From assembly GCA_964602845.1 (NCBI GenBank), contig CAZRSW010000011.1, forward strand, positions 1 to 62,917: 62,917 nt of DNA. The letters run 5' to 3'. Position numbers and translations under genes: made by a program. The notes under the pieces were generated by a model that was not told the DNA's origin, did no database searches, and saw only the letters and a list, made by a program, of their open reading frames with translations. The DNA comes from an uncultured Dehalococcoidia bacterium. Lineage in GTDB: Bacteria > Chloroflexota > Dehalococcoidia > Lucifugimonadales > UBA826. This document shows, piece by piece, positions 9,941-20,947 of the stretch. Every line of letters starts with the position of its first letter. Position 1 is the first letter of the stretch.

Positions 9941-11119
9941 TCATCTTCGGAAACTGCCAACGAATTGATCATAGAAATGCGCGTAATCCTGTGCTACCGC
10001 TTCTGTGGAAAAATACTTTAGGATTTTTTCTCGTCCTCTAATAGATACGTCAGTTGCAAACACGTGGTCCGTCAAAACTGACTGTATTAGATGACACATT
10101 TCTTCCGTATCCCCAAACTCCGTGAACTGGATGAATTCCTTCATAGGATCCAAAATTTCAATACCTGGGTGTCTACTTGCGATGACAGGCAACCCACAAG
10201 AAATGGCCTCAAGAACCACCCTAGGTGAACCATCATTTATAGTTTGGTAGATTAGTATGTCTGATTCGTTATACGCATCGCGCATATGTTGGCGAGTCAA
10301 CCCACTCTTAAAAACCACTTCTTCAGATAGCCCTAGCTTTTCGACGACGGCTCGAATATCAGCTTCTGACATCATTCCCGGCTTTACTACTAAGGTAAGA
10401 CACAGATTAAGTCCGTAATTTTTGCACATTTGTAGAGTGTTAAGAACAGAAAACAATCCACGAGTATGGTCGAGCCCTCCAACATATAGTAACTTTCGGG
10501 GACCCGCCTTCCCAGTAGGAACATCTTTACCTACAGGCCGCCAATAGCAAGTGTCCACATTATTGGTCAACACAGAAATATATTTTGGATCAATGTCACA
10601 ATATCTCGTCAATCGACTAACTAGGCCCGGAGCCTGTAGCACAATACGATCTGCCAACTTGCTTATCATACCCTGGAACCACGATCCCAATAACATTCTG
10701 GCCGTAGTAGGATTTGTTACCAAGGAGAACGTCGAGTATCCAGCTGGCTTCCACACATTCTCTATTCTCCAACGCTCTAACGTGAAAAAAGATGATACAA
10801 GCAGGCAAGAATATTTTCTTACTCTTGCGAGAACAAAATATAAAATAAGATTACCTGAAGTGTCATGAACTACATCAAGTCCTTTCGACAAATACACGCC
10901 CCTAACAACCAACATCGCCTTTACTAAATTTAGAAGCTTAAACCCGCGTATAAAACCAACCTCGCAGACCGTAAATCTTTCAAAATCACCGCCATCAACA
11001 TTTCCATCGTTTATCCCCAGAAATAAAGTGACACTCTCAACATGACTGGATAAGGCCATCAACAGCCCTATCCTATCACTGTAATCGCGAGAATTTGGTA
11101 GGAAGAATCCTATATGCAA
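9941..11119 (-). CDS. Glycosyltransferase family 4
   Basis: DGSPRVVLEAISCGLPVIAS motif; TTG start. Confidence 0.85.
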   Translation of the reverse strand: MHIGFFLPNSRDYSDRIGLLMALSSHVESVTLFLGINDGNVDGGDFERFTVCEVGFIRGFKLLNLVKAMLVVRGVYLSKGLDVVHDTSGNLILYFVLARVRKYSCLLVSSFFTLERWRIENVWKPAGYSTFSLVTNPTTARMLLGSWFQGMISKLADRIVLQAPGLVSRLTRYCDIDPKYISVLTNNVDTCYWRPVGKDVPTGKAGPRKLLYVGGLDHTRGLFSVLNTLQMCKNYGLNLCLTLVVKPGMMSEADIRAVVEKLGLSEEVVFKSGLTRQHMRDAYNESDILIYQTINDGSPRVVLEAISCGLPVIASRHPGIEILDPMKEFIQFTEFGDTEEMCHLIQSVLTDHVFATDVSIRGREKILKYFSTEAVAQDYAHFYDQFVGSFRR

Positions 11120-11131
11120 TTTAAAAATGCC

Positions 11132-12433
11132 TTACCAGTAAAGACCTTCCGTAGAAATATCCTGGCCAAAACTACGCTTACCAATGCCAACCAAGTCTAC
11201 GACAACTTGATCATCGCAAAGAGCCTCACTTTCCAGCTCTAAACCATAGGAGCGATGAGCGACAACGATAATATCAACATTCTCCACGGTATCTTTTAAA
11301 TTGCTCCTTATCAGGGTAGGCAATTCCGGCAGTTCCTCCTCCATCACTAACCGATTCTGCCCAATCAGACAATCCGTCCTCAAATTACTATCAAATACCT
11401 TGATTTTAACCCCAGAATCTAACAACTTCCTTGCAATACTAACCATACAACTATTCCTCAAATCGTCGGTGTTTGATTTGAATGTTAATCCGAGAATCGC
11501 AACTGAGTCAGGCTGTCGAGCCAAAAGTAAGTCATAGATCCGATTAACTTGAAGCGAATTTGACAGGGAAATCCCTGACATCATAGGAATTTGAACATCG
11601 TTTCTCACGGAATATTGCAACAATGTCTCAAGGTCCTTAGGCAAACAACTACCGCCGAAAGGTAAGCCCGGCCTCATGTAGGCATCGGAGATGTTAAGCT
11701 CACGATCCATACACAGTATTTCTAATACTTTCCTAGCATCAACACCAAGAGTATTACATACATTCCCGATTTCATTTGCAAAAGTCACTTTAGCAGCATG
11801 AAACGCGTTAGAGGCATACTTAGATATCGAAGCCTCTTCCAAAGATCCTACAACGATAGGTGCCGTTATCGAAGGATACAAGTCTCTAGCCAACTCCTCA
11901 ATCCACTCACCACCAAGCCGTGTACCAAATAACAGCATCGGAGGATGCAAAAAATCTTGAACAGCTGAGCCTTCCCTCAGAAATTCCGGATGCACGACAT
12001 ATTCATAATTCCATTCACTGCTTTCTAAGTGGTCCGAGGCCCACAAGTGTACTTGCGGCAAACAAGTGCTTCTGTTAACAATTACGGTTGGATCAGAGTT
12101 CTGAGAGTTTCTCATGCCAAGTACATTTATTACATTCTCAACATCAACAAACTCGGGCTGTCCGCTGCTGGAAAGAGGGGTCCCCACACATACATAAACG
12201 ACATCGAAGTCAATCACATGAGGCATATCTGGCCTAGCTTCAAGAAATCCTTTTTTCCTTGCTGCCTCTACGATCTTATCGAGCTCAGGTTCAGAAACCG
12301 CGCACAGCCCTCGGTTAATAAGATCAACTTTTTCAACGTTGGGATCCACTCCTGTAACCCTGTGCCCTGATTGGGCTAGTATCGCTGCGGTGACGGTACC
12401 AACATAACCTAAACCCAGTACTAATATTTTCAT
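11132..12433 (-). CDS. algD: GDP-mannose 6-dehydrogenase (AlgD-like nucleotide-sugar dehydrogenase)
   Basis: GLGYVG, PEFLREG, FGGSCLPKD, FKSNTDDLRNS and an AlgD-like C-terminus EGLYW. Confidence 0.8.
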   Translation of the reverse strand: MKILVLGLGYVGTVTAAILAQSGHRVTGVDPNVEKVDLINRGLCAVSEPELDKIVEAARKKGFLEARPDMPHVIDFDVVYVCVGTPLSSSGQPEFVDVENVINVLGMRNSQNSDPTVIVNRSTCLPQVHLWASDHLESSEWNYEYVVHPEFLREGSAVQDFLHPPMLLFGTRLGGEWIEELARDLYPSITAPIVVGSLEEASISKYASNAFHAAKVTFANEIGNVCNTLGVDARKVLEILCMDRELNISDAYMRPGLPFGGSCLPKDLETLLQYSVRNDVQIPMMSGISLSNSLQVNRIYDLLLARQPDSVAILGLTFKSNTDDLRNSCMVSIARKLLDSGVKIKVFDSNLRTDCLIGQNRLVMEEELPELPTLIRSNLKDTVENVDIIVVAHRSYGLELESEALCDDQVVVDLVGIGKRSFGQDISTEGLYW

Positions 12434-12457
12434 TATAAATTCAGCCTCACGAAATGA

Positions 12458-13585
12458 TCACAATGCTATGGCCTTCTCCAATCCATCGACCATTTTGCCC
12501 ACAGTTGCCTTAGCCAGTATGTCCTTCCTTGCAGACGCAGAAATGGCAATCCTCTTTTTTTCATCCATCAATAACTGATCTATATTATTAGCCAAACTGT
12601 AATGATTATTCTGGACAAATCTCAAACCATTAACCTCATCTATCAACATCTCAGAATCACTACCAGTTTCATCAGCAATTATCGTTGCTGTGCCACAACC
12701 CATACTAACATTCATTGCCAAACCGACTGCCCCTCCCATCACAGACACGTCCGCGGCCGATAACCATACCTGATCATACCCATAAGGCACGCGGCCAACA
12801 AAGACGATCATGTTATGATGCAAACCAGCAGCCTTTAAAGAACGTTCCGCGTATTCTTTGAGATATAAATCCTCCGGGCCACCACCAACAATAACCAATC
12901 GAAAATCCCTTCCCTTAACGAACAACTCCAAAGCGGCATCAATAACCAAATCAAACCTTTTCTTTTTGACCAGAGTACCCAGGGAAACCACTAGTGGCAC
13001 GCTATCAGAAAAATGTCTTCGCCGTTCAGTCAAAGCGATTGATTGAAGATTACTTAATTCTTCTTCATTCTCTGGAAGATCGACCGAGTTTTGAGCTACA
13101 TTTAGTTGATTACTCGACAATCCCATATCTATAAGGCCATCATATGAGGATCTACCATAACAAACGATACCGTCCCATCGTGACAAGAAATCTCTCCAAA
13201 TCCATGATTTAAGCCAAGATCCAGTGTTATCGTATTTGGTCCAAGCAACAGTTCGAATATTTCTATCTCTTGCGACATTCAACATGGAGTACAAACTTAT
13301 TATCCTTGGGACCCCTTCTGCAATTACAACCTTCGGTCCAATCTCCAATAGCAGATTTTTCCAATTCTTAAACCGATGCATATATTCTTGGCCAGCAATT
13401 GCATAAGTATGCACTTCTAAATTGTGGGTTTCATACGGCAAGGATAACCCCTGTAACTGTGATTCATTTGTGATTGGTGATGCAATTGCTATATTACCCA
13501 CAGCTGAAAGCCGTCTTGATAACAACCGAAAAACCGGAAGCCTGTAATGCTCAAAAGTCCTTTGAAAAATCAGTACTTCTGACAC
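12458..13585 (-). CDS. Glycosyltransferase family 4 (divergent)
   Basis: GT-B C-terminal domain: SLGTLVKKKRFD, IVGGGPE, FVGRV, GLAMNVSMGCG; GTG start. Confidence 0.8.
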   Translation of the reverse strand: MSEVLIFQRTFEHYRLPVFRLLSRRLSAVGNIAIASPITNESQLQGLSLPYETHNLEVHTYAIAGQEYMHRFKNWKNLLLEIGPKVVIAEGVPRIISLYSMLNVARDRNIRTVAWTKYDNTGSWLKSWIWRDFLSRWDGIVCYGRSSYDGLIDMGLSSNQLNVAQNSVDLPENEEELSNLQSIALTERRRHFSDSVPLVVSLGTLVKKKRFDLVIDAALELFVKGRDFRLVIVGGGPEDLYLKEYAERSLKAAGLHHNMIVFVGRVPYGYDQVWLSAADVSVMGGAVGLAMNVSMGCGTATIIADETGSDSEMLIDEVNGLRFVQNNHYSLANNIDQLLMDEKKRIAISASARKDILAKATVGKMVDGLEKAIAL

Positions 13586-13637
13586 AGAGCTTAACTAACT
13601 CCTCGTCGGATTCTTGGCAGATCATCTATGACAATGT

Positions 13638-14783
13638 TCACAAGTCAAAAGCCTCGATTACCTCAGATCTTACGATTTCAGAGGCTACGTCGCGATCTAT
13701 AACAAACTTCCTCGAATTTAAAGAGGCCTCCTGCCAAGTATCGTAATCCTCTGTGTATTGTTTGATAGCTGCAATAGCCTCATCTATACTTTTACAATAC
13801 CTACCAAGACCACCACTGCTCAACAATAATTCCGGATCAACATTTAGCGCCACCACCGGTACACCGAGGCACCAAGATTCTAAAAACGCATTTGGGAAGC
13901 CTTCTTTTGTCACCCCAGACTGATCTGTTAAAGAGGTGTTTACCAAGACCTTAGAACGAGAAATGAAACTGCCGACAGACAAAGGGTCAACACGGCCAAC
14001 AACATCCACATTATTTCTATTTCTCAGTAATTTTATAACCCTGTCAGCGTATTCCAAGTGATCTTGCCGTCCATCACCTACTACAACAAACTTCTTATTT
14101 TGCAATCTATCAGCAAGCTCCACAACATGGTCTAGGCCCTTTCGAGGCTCCATGTAACCAATCCAGATAACATCATAGGATTTATCATAATATTTAACAT
14201 CCTCATCTTGGCCTATTTCTTGAATATCCAATACATTGTTCAGCACAGCACTTTTCTGTTTATAATGCAGTTTCAATAGAGACGCCTGAAAGTTAGTCTG
14301 AGCCACAATTCTGCTGCTGAACAAAAAACTAAGTTTACGCACTAGCGTTGTTTTCAAGGCTTCCCCCTTTACACATTGAACGTCAGACGTCATACCCAAT
14401 ATCACCCGTTTCATAGCGATACGGGAGATAATTATCACCAACAAGTGAACAGGGGAAACTCCACGTAAATATATAGCTGATTTAACTCTGAATAGATTAA
14501 CTGTTAAGAAGAACATCTTAGATAATATTCCTGAATCTTTCCGCCACAAATTCACATAAGAAACATTCTCAATACGATTAGACGATCTGCCAACACTGTT
14601 AGCTGTCATGACCGTGACCTGAACTTTCTCTCTGGCCAAAATATCTACAATATATTTCATTTGACGCTCTGACCCACCTGAATGTAGATCTACGTTACCA
14701 CTGAAATAAGAAGAGCCCGAAATAGAGAATACAGAAATAGATTTCATCTTACTATCGCTGCCTCGAATGAGGTCCCGACGCAT
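13638..14783 (-). CDS. Glycosyltransferase family 4
   Basis: GGSERQ near the N-terminus, EGFPNAFLESWCLGVPVV. Probable start ATG at 14747. Confidence 0.88.
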   Translation of the reverse strand: MRRDLIRGSDSKMKSISVFSISGSSYFSGNVDLHSGGSERQMKYIVDILAREKVQVTVMTANSVGRSSNRIENVSYVNLWRKDSGILSKMFFLTVNLFRVKSAIYLRGVSPVHLLVIIISRIAMKRVILGMTSDVQCVKGEALKTTLVRKLSFLFSSRIVAQTNFQASLLKLHYKQKSAVLNNVLDIQEIGQDEDVKYYDKSYDVIWIGYMEPRKGLDHVVELADRLQNKKFVVVGDGRQDHLEYADRVIKLLRNRNNVDVVGRVDPLSVGSFISRSKVLVNTSLTDQSGVTKEGFPNAFLESWCLGVPVVALNVDPELLLSSGGLGRYCKSIDEAIAAIKQYTEDYDTWQEASLNSRKFVIDRDVASEIVRSEVIEAFDL

Positions 14784-15546
14784 TTTTCCTTAGCCAATAA
14801 CCTCTCACTGACGCTAATCCAATCCTCGCCAGAATCATTCTCAATTTCAAAAACCGAAATGGGAAAAATTTGTAAGGCGAATGAAAAAATAATGGCTCCA
14901 CCTCCAAAACTTCAAAGCCTTTACGTTCAAAAAGAGCCCTCCAAGAGCTTGGCTTGAAATACACAAATTCCCTGAAATGGCTGCTTGATATCCCGTGTAT
15001 CGTCGGCATAACCTTAGTAACAAGAGGCTTTTCGGAGTGACTTTCCTCCGTTTTCTCAATCCTATGATCGATTTGTCCGCTACTATTTATGCGTGAGGAT
15101 TTTCTCAAAAGTCTAATCAACAAGTGAATAGGATGAGTAAAAACTTGGAGAGTTTTCCACGCCGAAGTAGGCATAGTATGAAGCATAATCGCCCCTGAAC
15201 TCATAACCCGACTGAGTTCCTCCATACAGGCATCAACGTCATTGATATGCTCAAGTACGTTAGAGGAAAATACGAAATCGAAAGATTGGTCAACAAACGG
15301 AAGCTTCTGAGCATCAGCCATAATCACTCCTGGGACAGTGGCTCGTGGTTTCACGTCAGTAGGAATTATTTCTTGAAAATGCATCCCCAACATTCCTGTC
15401 AAGTAGCCGGAACCACAACCGATTTCCAGGGCCCTGCCTCTGATTTCACACGGAGGCGAAGACAACAGTTGTTCTAAGTCTCTACACCTCAAGAATCGCT
15501 CCCACTTTGATTTTACATTTATGTCGCCCTCCATCGATCTGGCCAA
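14752..15546 (-). CDS. Class I SAM-dependent methyltransferase
   Basis: LEIGCGSG motif I, DAQKLPF.DQSFDFVFSSNVLEH. Confidence 0.9.
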   Translation of the reverse strand: MARSMEGDINVKSKWERFLRCRDLEQLLSSPPCEIRGRALEIGCGSGYLTGMLGMHFQEIIPTDVKPRATVPGVIMADAQKLPFVDQSFDFVFSSNVLEHINDVDACMEELSRVMSSGAIMLHTMPTSAWKTLQVFTHPIHLLIRLLRKSSRINSSGQIDHRIEKTEESHSEKPLVTKVMPTIHGISSSHFREFVYFKPSSWRALFERKGFEVLEVEPLFFHSPYKFFPFRFLKLRMILARIGLASVRGYWLRKNASGPHSRQR

Positions 15547-15554
15547 ACTACTGT

Positions 15555-16736
15555 TTACGAACCTTTCAGTAAACTTCTATACATCTCTTCATACCTGCTG
15601 GTTATTTTTGACCATTCATACCCAGCGGCACTTTCCTTAGCGGTATCAGAGAATTTTTTTCGCATATTCTCATTGCGCAACAAAATTTCAATATTCTTGG
15701 CCATCGACTCTGAATCAGATACGGGTGATATAAATCCTGTGTGCCCATGATCGACCACATCTTTACAACCTTCCGCATCAGTAGTTACCACCGGTAAACC
15801 TGCAGCCATAGCCTCAACAACAACTCGGGGAAATCCTTCCAACAAGGACGGAAATACAAATACATCGGCGGACCTGTAAACTTCCGTAAGTTTCTCATTG
15901 GGCATCGAAAACATTCCAGATCCACCAGTGTCAACACCAATCTCATCCAGTGTTATAACATACCTTTCAAGATCACGATTTCCAATCTCTTCATCAATCT
16001 TGTTTGAATCTTTGCCAACTATCAACCAACGAAAATCAAGTCCCCAGTCGACTAGATAAGCAGCTATATCTGGTATATATTCATAGCCCTTCTTTAGATG
16101 ATACCTCCCTACAGTTAGCAACAATGGTTTTCCGATGACATCAGGCAACAATATGTTCTTTTCCCTCTGTTCCACCCGGTAACAAGATTCCACGCTGACA
16201 CCGTTGGGAATAACTTCGATTTTATGCGGCAATATCCCTATGTTCAGATAGTCGTCAGCCATACTATCAGTCAAAGCGACCACCTTATCCATCCTTAACA
16301 ACGTAGAAACAATCCTGTTGTTTAGGACCTTGTCTCTTCTAAGGCCGTATCCGAGCATATCGTTTACTTGTACATCTTCTCCATGTGTCCGTAAAACAAG
16401 CGGTACTTTCGGACTTAAACCTCGAGCAACGTAACCAGCCGGATATGAGCCAATAATCTGCCAGACATCGAAATTCTCTCTATTCTGCAACAACTTAATT
16501 TCCGTCTGGGGCAGAAACGGAAAATAATTGACCAGTCTGTCGGAGGTAAAATTTAATGTAGCTATGCTAAAACCAGATCGTCTATAGAGATCTTTATTGG
16601 AGTGAAATTCCTTTTTGCTTAGAATTAACTTAATCTTGTTCCCATTTGCGATTAGGTGTCTCATCAAATTGTAGGCAAAAACCTGATAACCACCGATCTT
16701 AAACAAAGATCCCAGAATCAAACACCCTATATTCAT
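15555..16736 (-). CDS. Glycosyltransferase family 4
   Basis: RTHGED, IPNGV, EGFPRVVVEAMAAGLPVV. Confidence 0.92.
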   Translation of the reverse strand: MNIGCLILGSLFKIGGYQVFAYNLMRHLIANGNKIKLILSKKEFHSNKDLYRRSGFSIATLNFTSDRLVNYFPFLPQTEIKLLQNRENFDVWQIIGSYPAGYVARGLSPKVPLVLRTHGEDVQVNDMLGYGLRRDKVLNNRIVSTLLRMDKVVALTDSMADDYLNIGILPHKIEVIPNGVSVESCYRVEQREKNILLPDVIGKPLLLTVGRYHLKKGYEYIPDIAAYLVDWGLDFRWLIVGKDSNKIDEEIGNRDLERYVITLDEIGVDTGGSGMFSMPNEKLTEVYRSADVFVFPSLLEGFPRVVVEAMAAGLPVVTTDAEGCKDVVDHGHTGFISPVSDSESMAKNIEILLRNENMRKKFSDTAKESAAGYEWSKITSRYEEMYRSLLKGS

Positions 16737-17845
16737 GAACTTCGGTCGGCCTTAAATCCGGCTATTTTTTCTACCCTGCCACAGAAGCTATCCAGACCTA
16801 TATCACTGTGAACTGCCTCTTCATACAATAACTGCCCGTTTTCCGCTATCACTTTATATCGACGGTTGCTCAATAAATTCTCGACCTTTTCTTGCAAGTC
16901 TGACATATCCCAACGAACAGAAATAAATGTTTCATCTTGCTTGTACAATTCGGGCCATGTACGCATATGACTTAAATTCGGCTTTAAAAGCGCTCCACCA
17001 CACAGAAATACTTCAAAGTCTCTGTAAGCTATTTCCCCCCATCCAAATGGCGAACAGACCACCTTGGATTTTTTCAACTCGGTCCAGTACTTCGATCTAT
17101 TGACCCGAGATCCTTCCACAGGCCAAACTTTAGTTATGGTGTCGAGCAGACGTTGCCTTTGAAATAAAACGGAATTCCTCTTGTGACTTAGCCCAACGCG
17201 ACACGAAATATCTAAAGGTCTTTCTGCGGATGGAGGGAATAGTGTATAAAGTTGTTTAAATAACACTGGGATATTATGCCCCAACATCCTATCAACGGAG
17301 CTCCGTATCCCATGACCGTATTGTCCAAAGGCCGAATTCCACGAAATCCGAATCTTATTTAGTTCAGCTGCCGGGGGTATATATAATTCGTTGTCAAAAT
17401 CACATATTTCATCAATGACCCCGAATTCTCTATTGTAATAATCTGTATAAATTCTACCCCCATAGAAACTTTTCAAGTAGTTGCTAGTATCCGAGAATAT
17501 CTGATTCTTGCAGAATAGGTCCACACAATCCAATATAGGAAATTGGTTACTGGAAGTACTATCGCTTGTATCGAACCATACAACCCGATCTGTAAATTTT
17601 CTAATTCCCTTTAATATCTGTCTTATTGAGTCAATGGCCAAGGTATCCCAAACCGGATACCGATCTCTAAAATATTTGCTGTTCACGAAAACACAATCAG
17701 CATCCCCCATTGACCTAATATCAGGATTTATGGAAATATCCACTTTGCTGCGGCGCATCCTACCCCTTACACGAAGCAAAGGTCGCATGAAAGATGCGCT
17801 GTTGCCATTTGATCCTTTGCTAAGAACAACTAATCGGCGAGACAT
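16733..17845 (-). CDS. Putative GT-B glycosyltransferase (YkvP/exostosin-like C-terminal domain)
   Basis: Y..EL..SK.V.SPFG.GE...RDFE....G..LLKP and IAENG patterns; located among GT genes. Confidence 0.6.
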   Translation of the reverse strand: MSRRLVVLSKGSNGNSASFMRPLLRVRGRMRRSKVDISINPDIRSMGDADCVFVNSKYFRDRYPVWDTLAIDSIRQILKGIRKFTDRVVWFDTSDSTSSNQFPILDCVDLFCKNQIFSDTSNYLKSFYGGRIYTDYYNREFGVIDEICDFDNELYIPPAAELNKIRISWNSAFGQYGHGIRSSVDRMLGHNIPVLFKQLYTLFPPSAERPLDISCRVGLSHKRNSVLFQRQRLLDTITKVWPVEGSRVNRSKYWTELKKSKVVCSPFGWGEIAYRDFEVFLCGGALLKPNLSHMRTWPELYKQDETFISVRWDMSDLQEKVENLLSNRRYKVIAENGQLLYEEAVHSDIGLDSFCGRVEKIAGFKADRSS

Positions 17846-17866
17846 GATTTTTTCTGTAATCGGAAA

Positions 17867-19654
17867 TTATGTGTCACTCGATTCGACCAACTCCTGATAG
17901 TCAACCATTTTCCGAAACATACCCTGGCGCTCATATAATTCTTGGAATGATCCCTCTTCCACTATCTTCCCTTCATTTAATACTAGTATTTGATCAACAG
18001 ATCTTATTGTTGATAGACGATGGGCGATGATTACCATGGTTATTTCACCTTTCATCTCTTCAATATTAGTTTTGATTTCACTTTCTGAAATAGAATCCAA
18101 AGAACTCGTAGCTTCATCCAAAATCAACATTTGAACATCCTTGTAAAGTTCCCGCGCAATATTGATCCGCTGGCGTTGGCCGCCTGAGATATTCAACCCG
18201 TTGTCTCCTAATGACGTTTCCAATCCGTGTGGCAACCCGTTGACAAAATCTTCCAGCAACGACTTATTTAATACTGAATCCATCTTTTTATCATCTGCCC
18301 CTGACAACTCATTTTTCGATTCCCATAGATTAATGTTATTCCTGATGGAATCGGTAAAAATAACATTTTCCTGGGTTACATATCCGATCAAACTTCTAAG
18401 ACTATTTTGCTTAATATTTTTATAATCTATACGACCCATCTTGACAGAACCTTTGTCTGGCTTCACCAAGCCCGTTAGTAGACTAGCGATGGTAGTCTTG
18501 CCTGATCCGGAATCACCAACAATAGCAATAGATGAACGTGGAGGGATCTCAATACTAATTCCTTTCAAGACAAGGTTACTGCCGTCATAACTCTGATACA
18601 CATTGTCTAAAGTGATCGTCTGAGAAAAATCTGGCATGACCCCTTCAGGATTATCAATCTCAAGATTCTCACTCAACTCCTTCTCTAACTTGTTGAAGAC
18701 CTGGATACTACCTGCAGATCCTACAAAGTCCCGATAGTCTGCATACCCAGAAAGAGCATATGCAACAGCTCTCCTGATAAGGAATAGTAGGAATATTACC
18801 TGCACAAGTTCATAGCCCATAAGGTGAACGTTATAAAAGAGAACGACGGCAGCCAATAAAATAGTTATCAACTCCGTTGTCTTGCTAGTAAAAGCATTAA
18901 GAACAGATTGACGAAACAAAATATGAGCCTGCTCAGTTATCGCCCCATTAACACGCCCGAGAATCCTACCGGCAGAATTGGTAGATTTAAGATATTTGAA
19001 ATTTGTTAGCGATTGGATCAACCCAGATTGCAGATCCTCGTTGTTCTTAGTAGCCCTGATGGAATAATCCCGCGTCAAACGATTAATTTTCCTCACTAAG
19101 AATAGAACAGGCAATCCACTTAGAATAACAACGCTGGTAACGAAAGGACTGATCCAAAGAGGCAAGGATATATATACGATAGTGAATCCAAAGGATACGA
19201 GCATTCGCATGCAAGACCTAAAGGCAAAGGCTACCCGATTGTACTCAATGGTTACCGCGTTGGTAAAATATCCTAGTTCTTGAGAAGCAAAAAAGATGTA
19301 ATTTGCTGAAAATATCTTCTCTACCAATCTACTTTTGGTTGTAGCTAATAAATTGGCAATCAACCCACTGGAAAATATCTCCTGATAAACAAGGAAGGCT
19401 GTTCTGAATAAAAAAATACTGACCATCAACAGTAACGCCAGTGGAAGACTGTAGTCTATTCCGAACCATGAGGCTACAGAATTAACTAACTCCGTCAGTT
19501 GGCTAGAGCCTGACCCCGTTTCCAATATAGGCAAAATCAAGCCTACACTCATACCATCGAGAAGTGCCGCTACAAGGATGAACGCAAGCCAAACGTAAAG
19601 CCGATAACCAATCGCTGACTTCAAATAACCAAGGAATGAGAAAAGTTCTTTCAA
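17867..19654 (-). CDS. ABC transporter with fused permease and ATPase (MsbA/PglK-like lipid-linked glycan flippase)
   Basis: N-terminal TM helices, Walker A GDSGSGKT, signature ISGGQRQR, Walker B ILDEATS, IAHRLST. Confidence 0.92.
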   Translation of the reverse strand: MKELFSFLGYLKSAIGYRLYVWLAFILVAALLDGMSVGLILPILETGSGSSQLTELVNSVASWFGIDYSLPLALLLMVSIFLFRTAFLVYQEIFSSGLIANLLATTKSRLVEKIFSANYIFFASQELGYFTNAVTIEYNRVAFAFRSCMRMLVSFGFTIVYISLPLWISPFVTSVVILSGLPVLFLVRKINRLTRDYSIRATKNNEDLQSGLIQSLTNFKYLKSTNSAGRILGRVNGAITEQAHILFRQSVLNAFTSKTTELITILLAAVVLFYNVHLMGYELVQVIFLLFLIRRAVAYALSGYADYRDFVGSAGSIQVFNKLEKELSENLEIDNPEGVMPDFSQTITLDNVYQSYDGSNLVLKGISIEIPPRSSIAIVGDSGSGKTTIASLLTGLVKPDKGSVKMGRIDYKNIKQNSLRSLIGYVTQENVIFTDSIRNNINLWESKNELSGADDKKMDSVLNKSLLEDFVNGLPHGLETSLGDNGLNISGGQRQRINIARELYKDVQMLILDEATSSLDSISESEIKTNIEEMKGEITMVIIAHRLSTIRSVDQILVLNEGKIVEEGSFQELYERQGMFRKMVDYQELVESSDT

Positions 19655-19687
19655 ATGTCCACTGATCCGCCCACTACACTTGCTTAA

Positions 19688-20932
19688 TCACTGGTGCGGA
19701 GCTACTTCGGTGCCTTTATCAATCATCTGAGACAAAATTGACGCATATTCTTCATCCACTTTGTCCTCAGACGCGGCAGCTCTAATAGAATCACTACATC
19801 TCAAAAGCGAATCTATTCCAATCTTGGAAGCTAAAACAACAAATTGTGAAAACTCTTTGGGATCTCTGTTGCTCTCATACCCATTTCGTCCATTAACTAT
19901 CCATTGGTCTGTTATACCCTCCAGGATGCAAGCGACAACGGGAGTAGCACATGCTATTGATTCTATCAAAGGGGTCCCTAAACCTTCACTAAGTGAGGTT
20001 ATAGCATATACATCAGATAAATTCATCAGGTCTTCCGGATTGCTCAAAAAACCTGGCTTTAATTCCACTCTTGATTCGAGTCCATATAACTTAATCCTCC
20101 TAACTATCGCGTCAAAGTATTCCTGATCACGTTTTTCGAATGGTCCAGATTCAGACAAAGGACCCGCTAAAATAAGCTTAAATTCATTCGGCAAGTGTTT
20201 CAAAACCTCCAACAAAAATATCTGGTTTTTATTTGGATTGAACTTGCCTATACTACTGATCACCGTATCAGCCGAATTAAACTTCGTGAGCTGAATCCGC
20301 AATTGATCACGTTGACCCTGTAGGGGTTTGAATCTACTGGCATCCACGGGATTAGGTCTGGTCCATAGATTCTTGGTAACACCGTGGTTTATACACATGT
20401 CCCGAAGACGTTTCGAAATGCATATTATTTGAGTGGCCTTTGGCAAATCACACCCCCAAATCCACTTAATGAACCTCATCTCGTTTGCCCAAGGTGTCTT
20501 ACGATCGGAGGTCAGTTCTAGTATAATTGGTTTCCTAAAAATCTTGGCAAATGATATAGCTGCATTGGTAACTGTTACATGGCCAAAGATATGTATGAGA
20601 TCAAACTCATTTCTAGTCTTATAAAGAAACCAAAATGCCGGGAAAAATTCCCTGACATAGCTAATTCGCTGAGCAAATAATTTTTGAAGATACCCGAATA
20701 TCCGAAACCTGGGACGGCTACAACTCGTTCCATATGATTTTTCACTTGAAACACGTTTGATTGACACATTATCAAACATATACGATTGTGATGTGTCAAA
20801 AGCCTCCGATCCAGTCATAACTTGAAAGTTTATACCAAACTTATTACGTAATCTTAGATAAGTCTGGTGAGCTCTGTTACCAGACCCAGAGTATTCGGGG
20901 GGATATTTACTGCTCACGACCAGAACATTCAC
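19688..20932 (-). CDS. Glycosyltransferase family 4
   Basis: YPPEYSGSG start, NPVD..RF.P, EGLGTPLIESIACATPVV; GTG start. Confidence 0.88.
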   Translation of the reverse strand: MNVLVVSSKYPPEYSGSGNRAHQTYLRLRNKFGINFQVMTGSEAFDTSQSYMFDNVSIKRVSSEKSYGTSCSRPRFRIFGYLQKLFAQRISYVREFFPAFWFLYKTRNEFDLIHIFGHVTVTNAAISFAKIFRKPIILELTSDRKTPWANEMRFIKWIWGCDLPKATQIICISKRLRDMCINHGVTKNLWTRPNPVDASRFKPLQGQRDQLRIQLTKFNSADTVISSIGKFNPNKNQIFLLEVLKHLPNEFKLILAGPLSESGPFEKRDQEYFDAIVRRIKLYGLESRVELKPGFLSNPEDLMNLSDVYAITSLSEGLGTPLIESIACATPVVACILEGITDQWIVNGRNGYESNRDPKEFSQFVVLASKIGIDSLLRCSDSIRAAASEDKVDEEYASILSQMIDKGTEVAPHQ

Positions 20933-20947
20933 GTCGAATATAACAAT

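Noticed and set aside
11132-12433. Alginate operon
   Set aside because: Only an AlgD-like gene; no alg8/alg44/algG/algE homologs.
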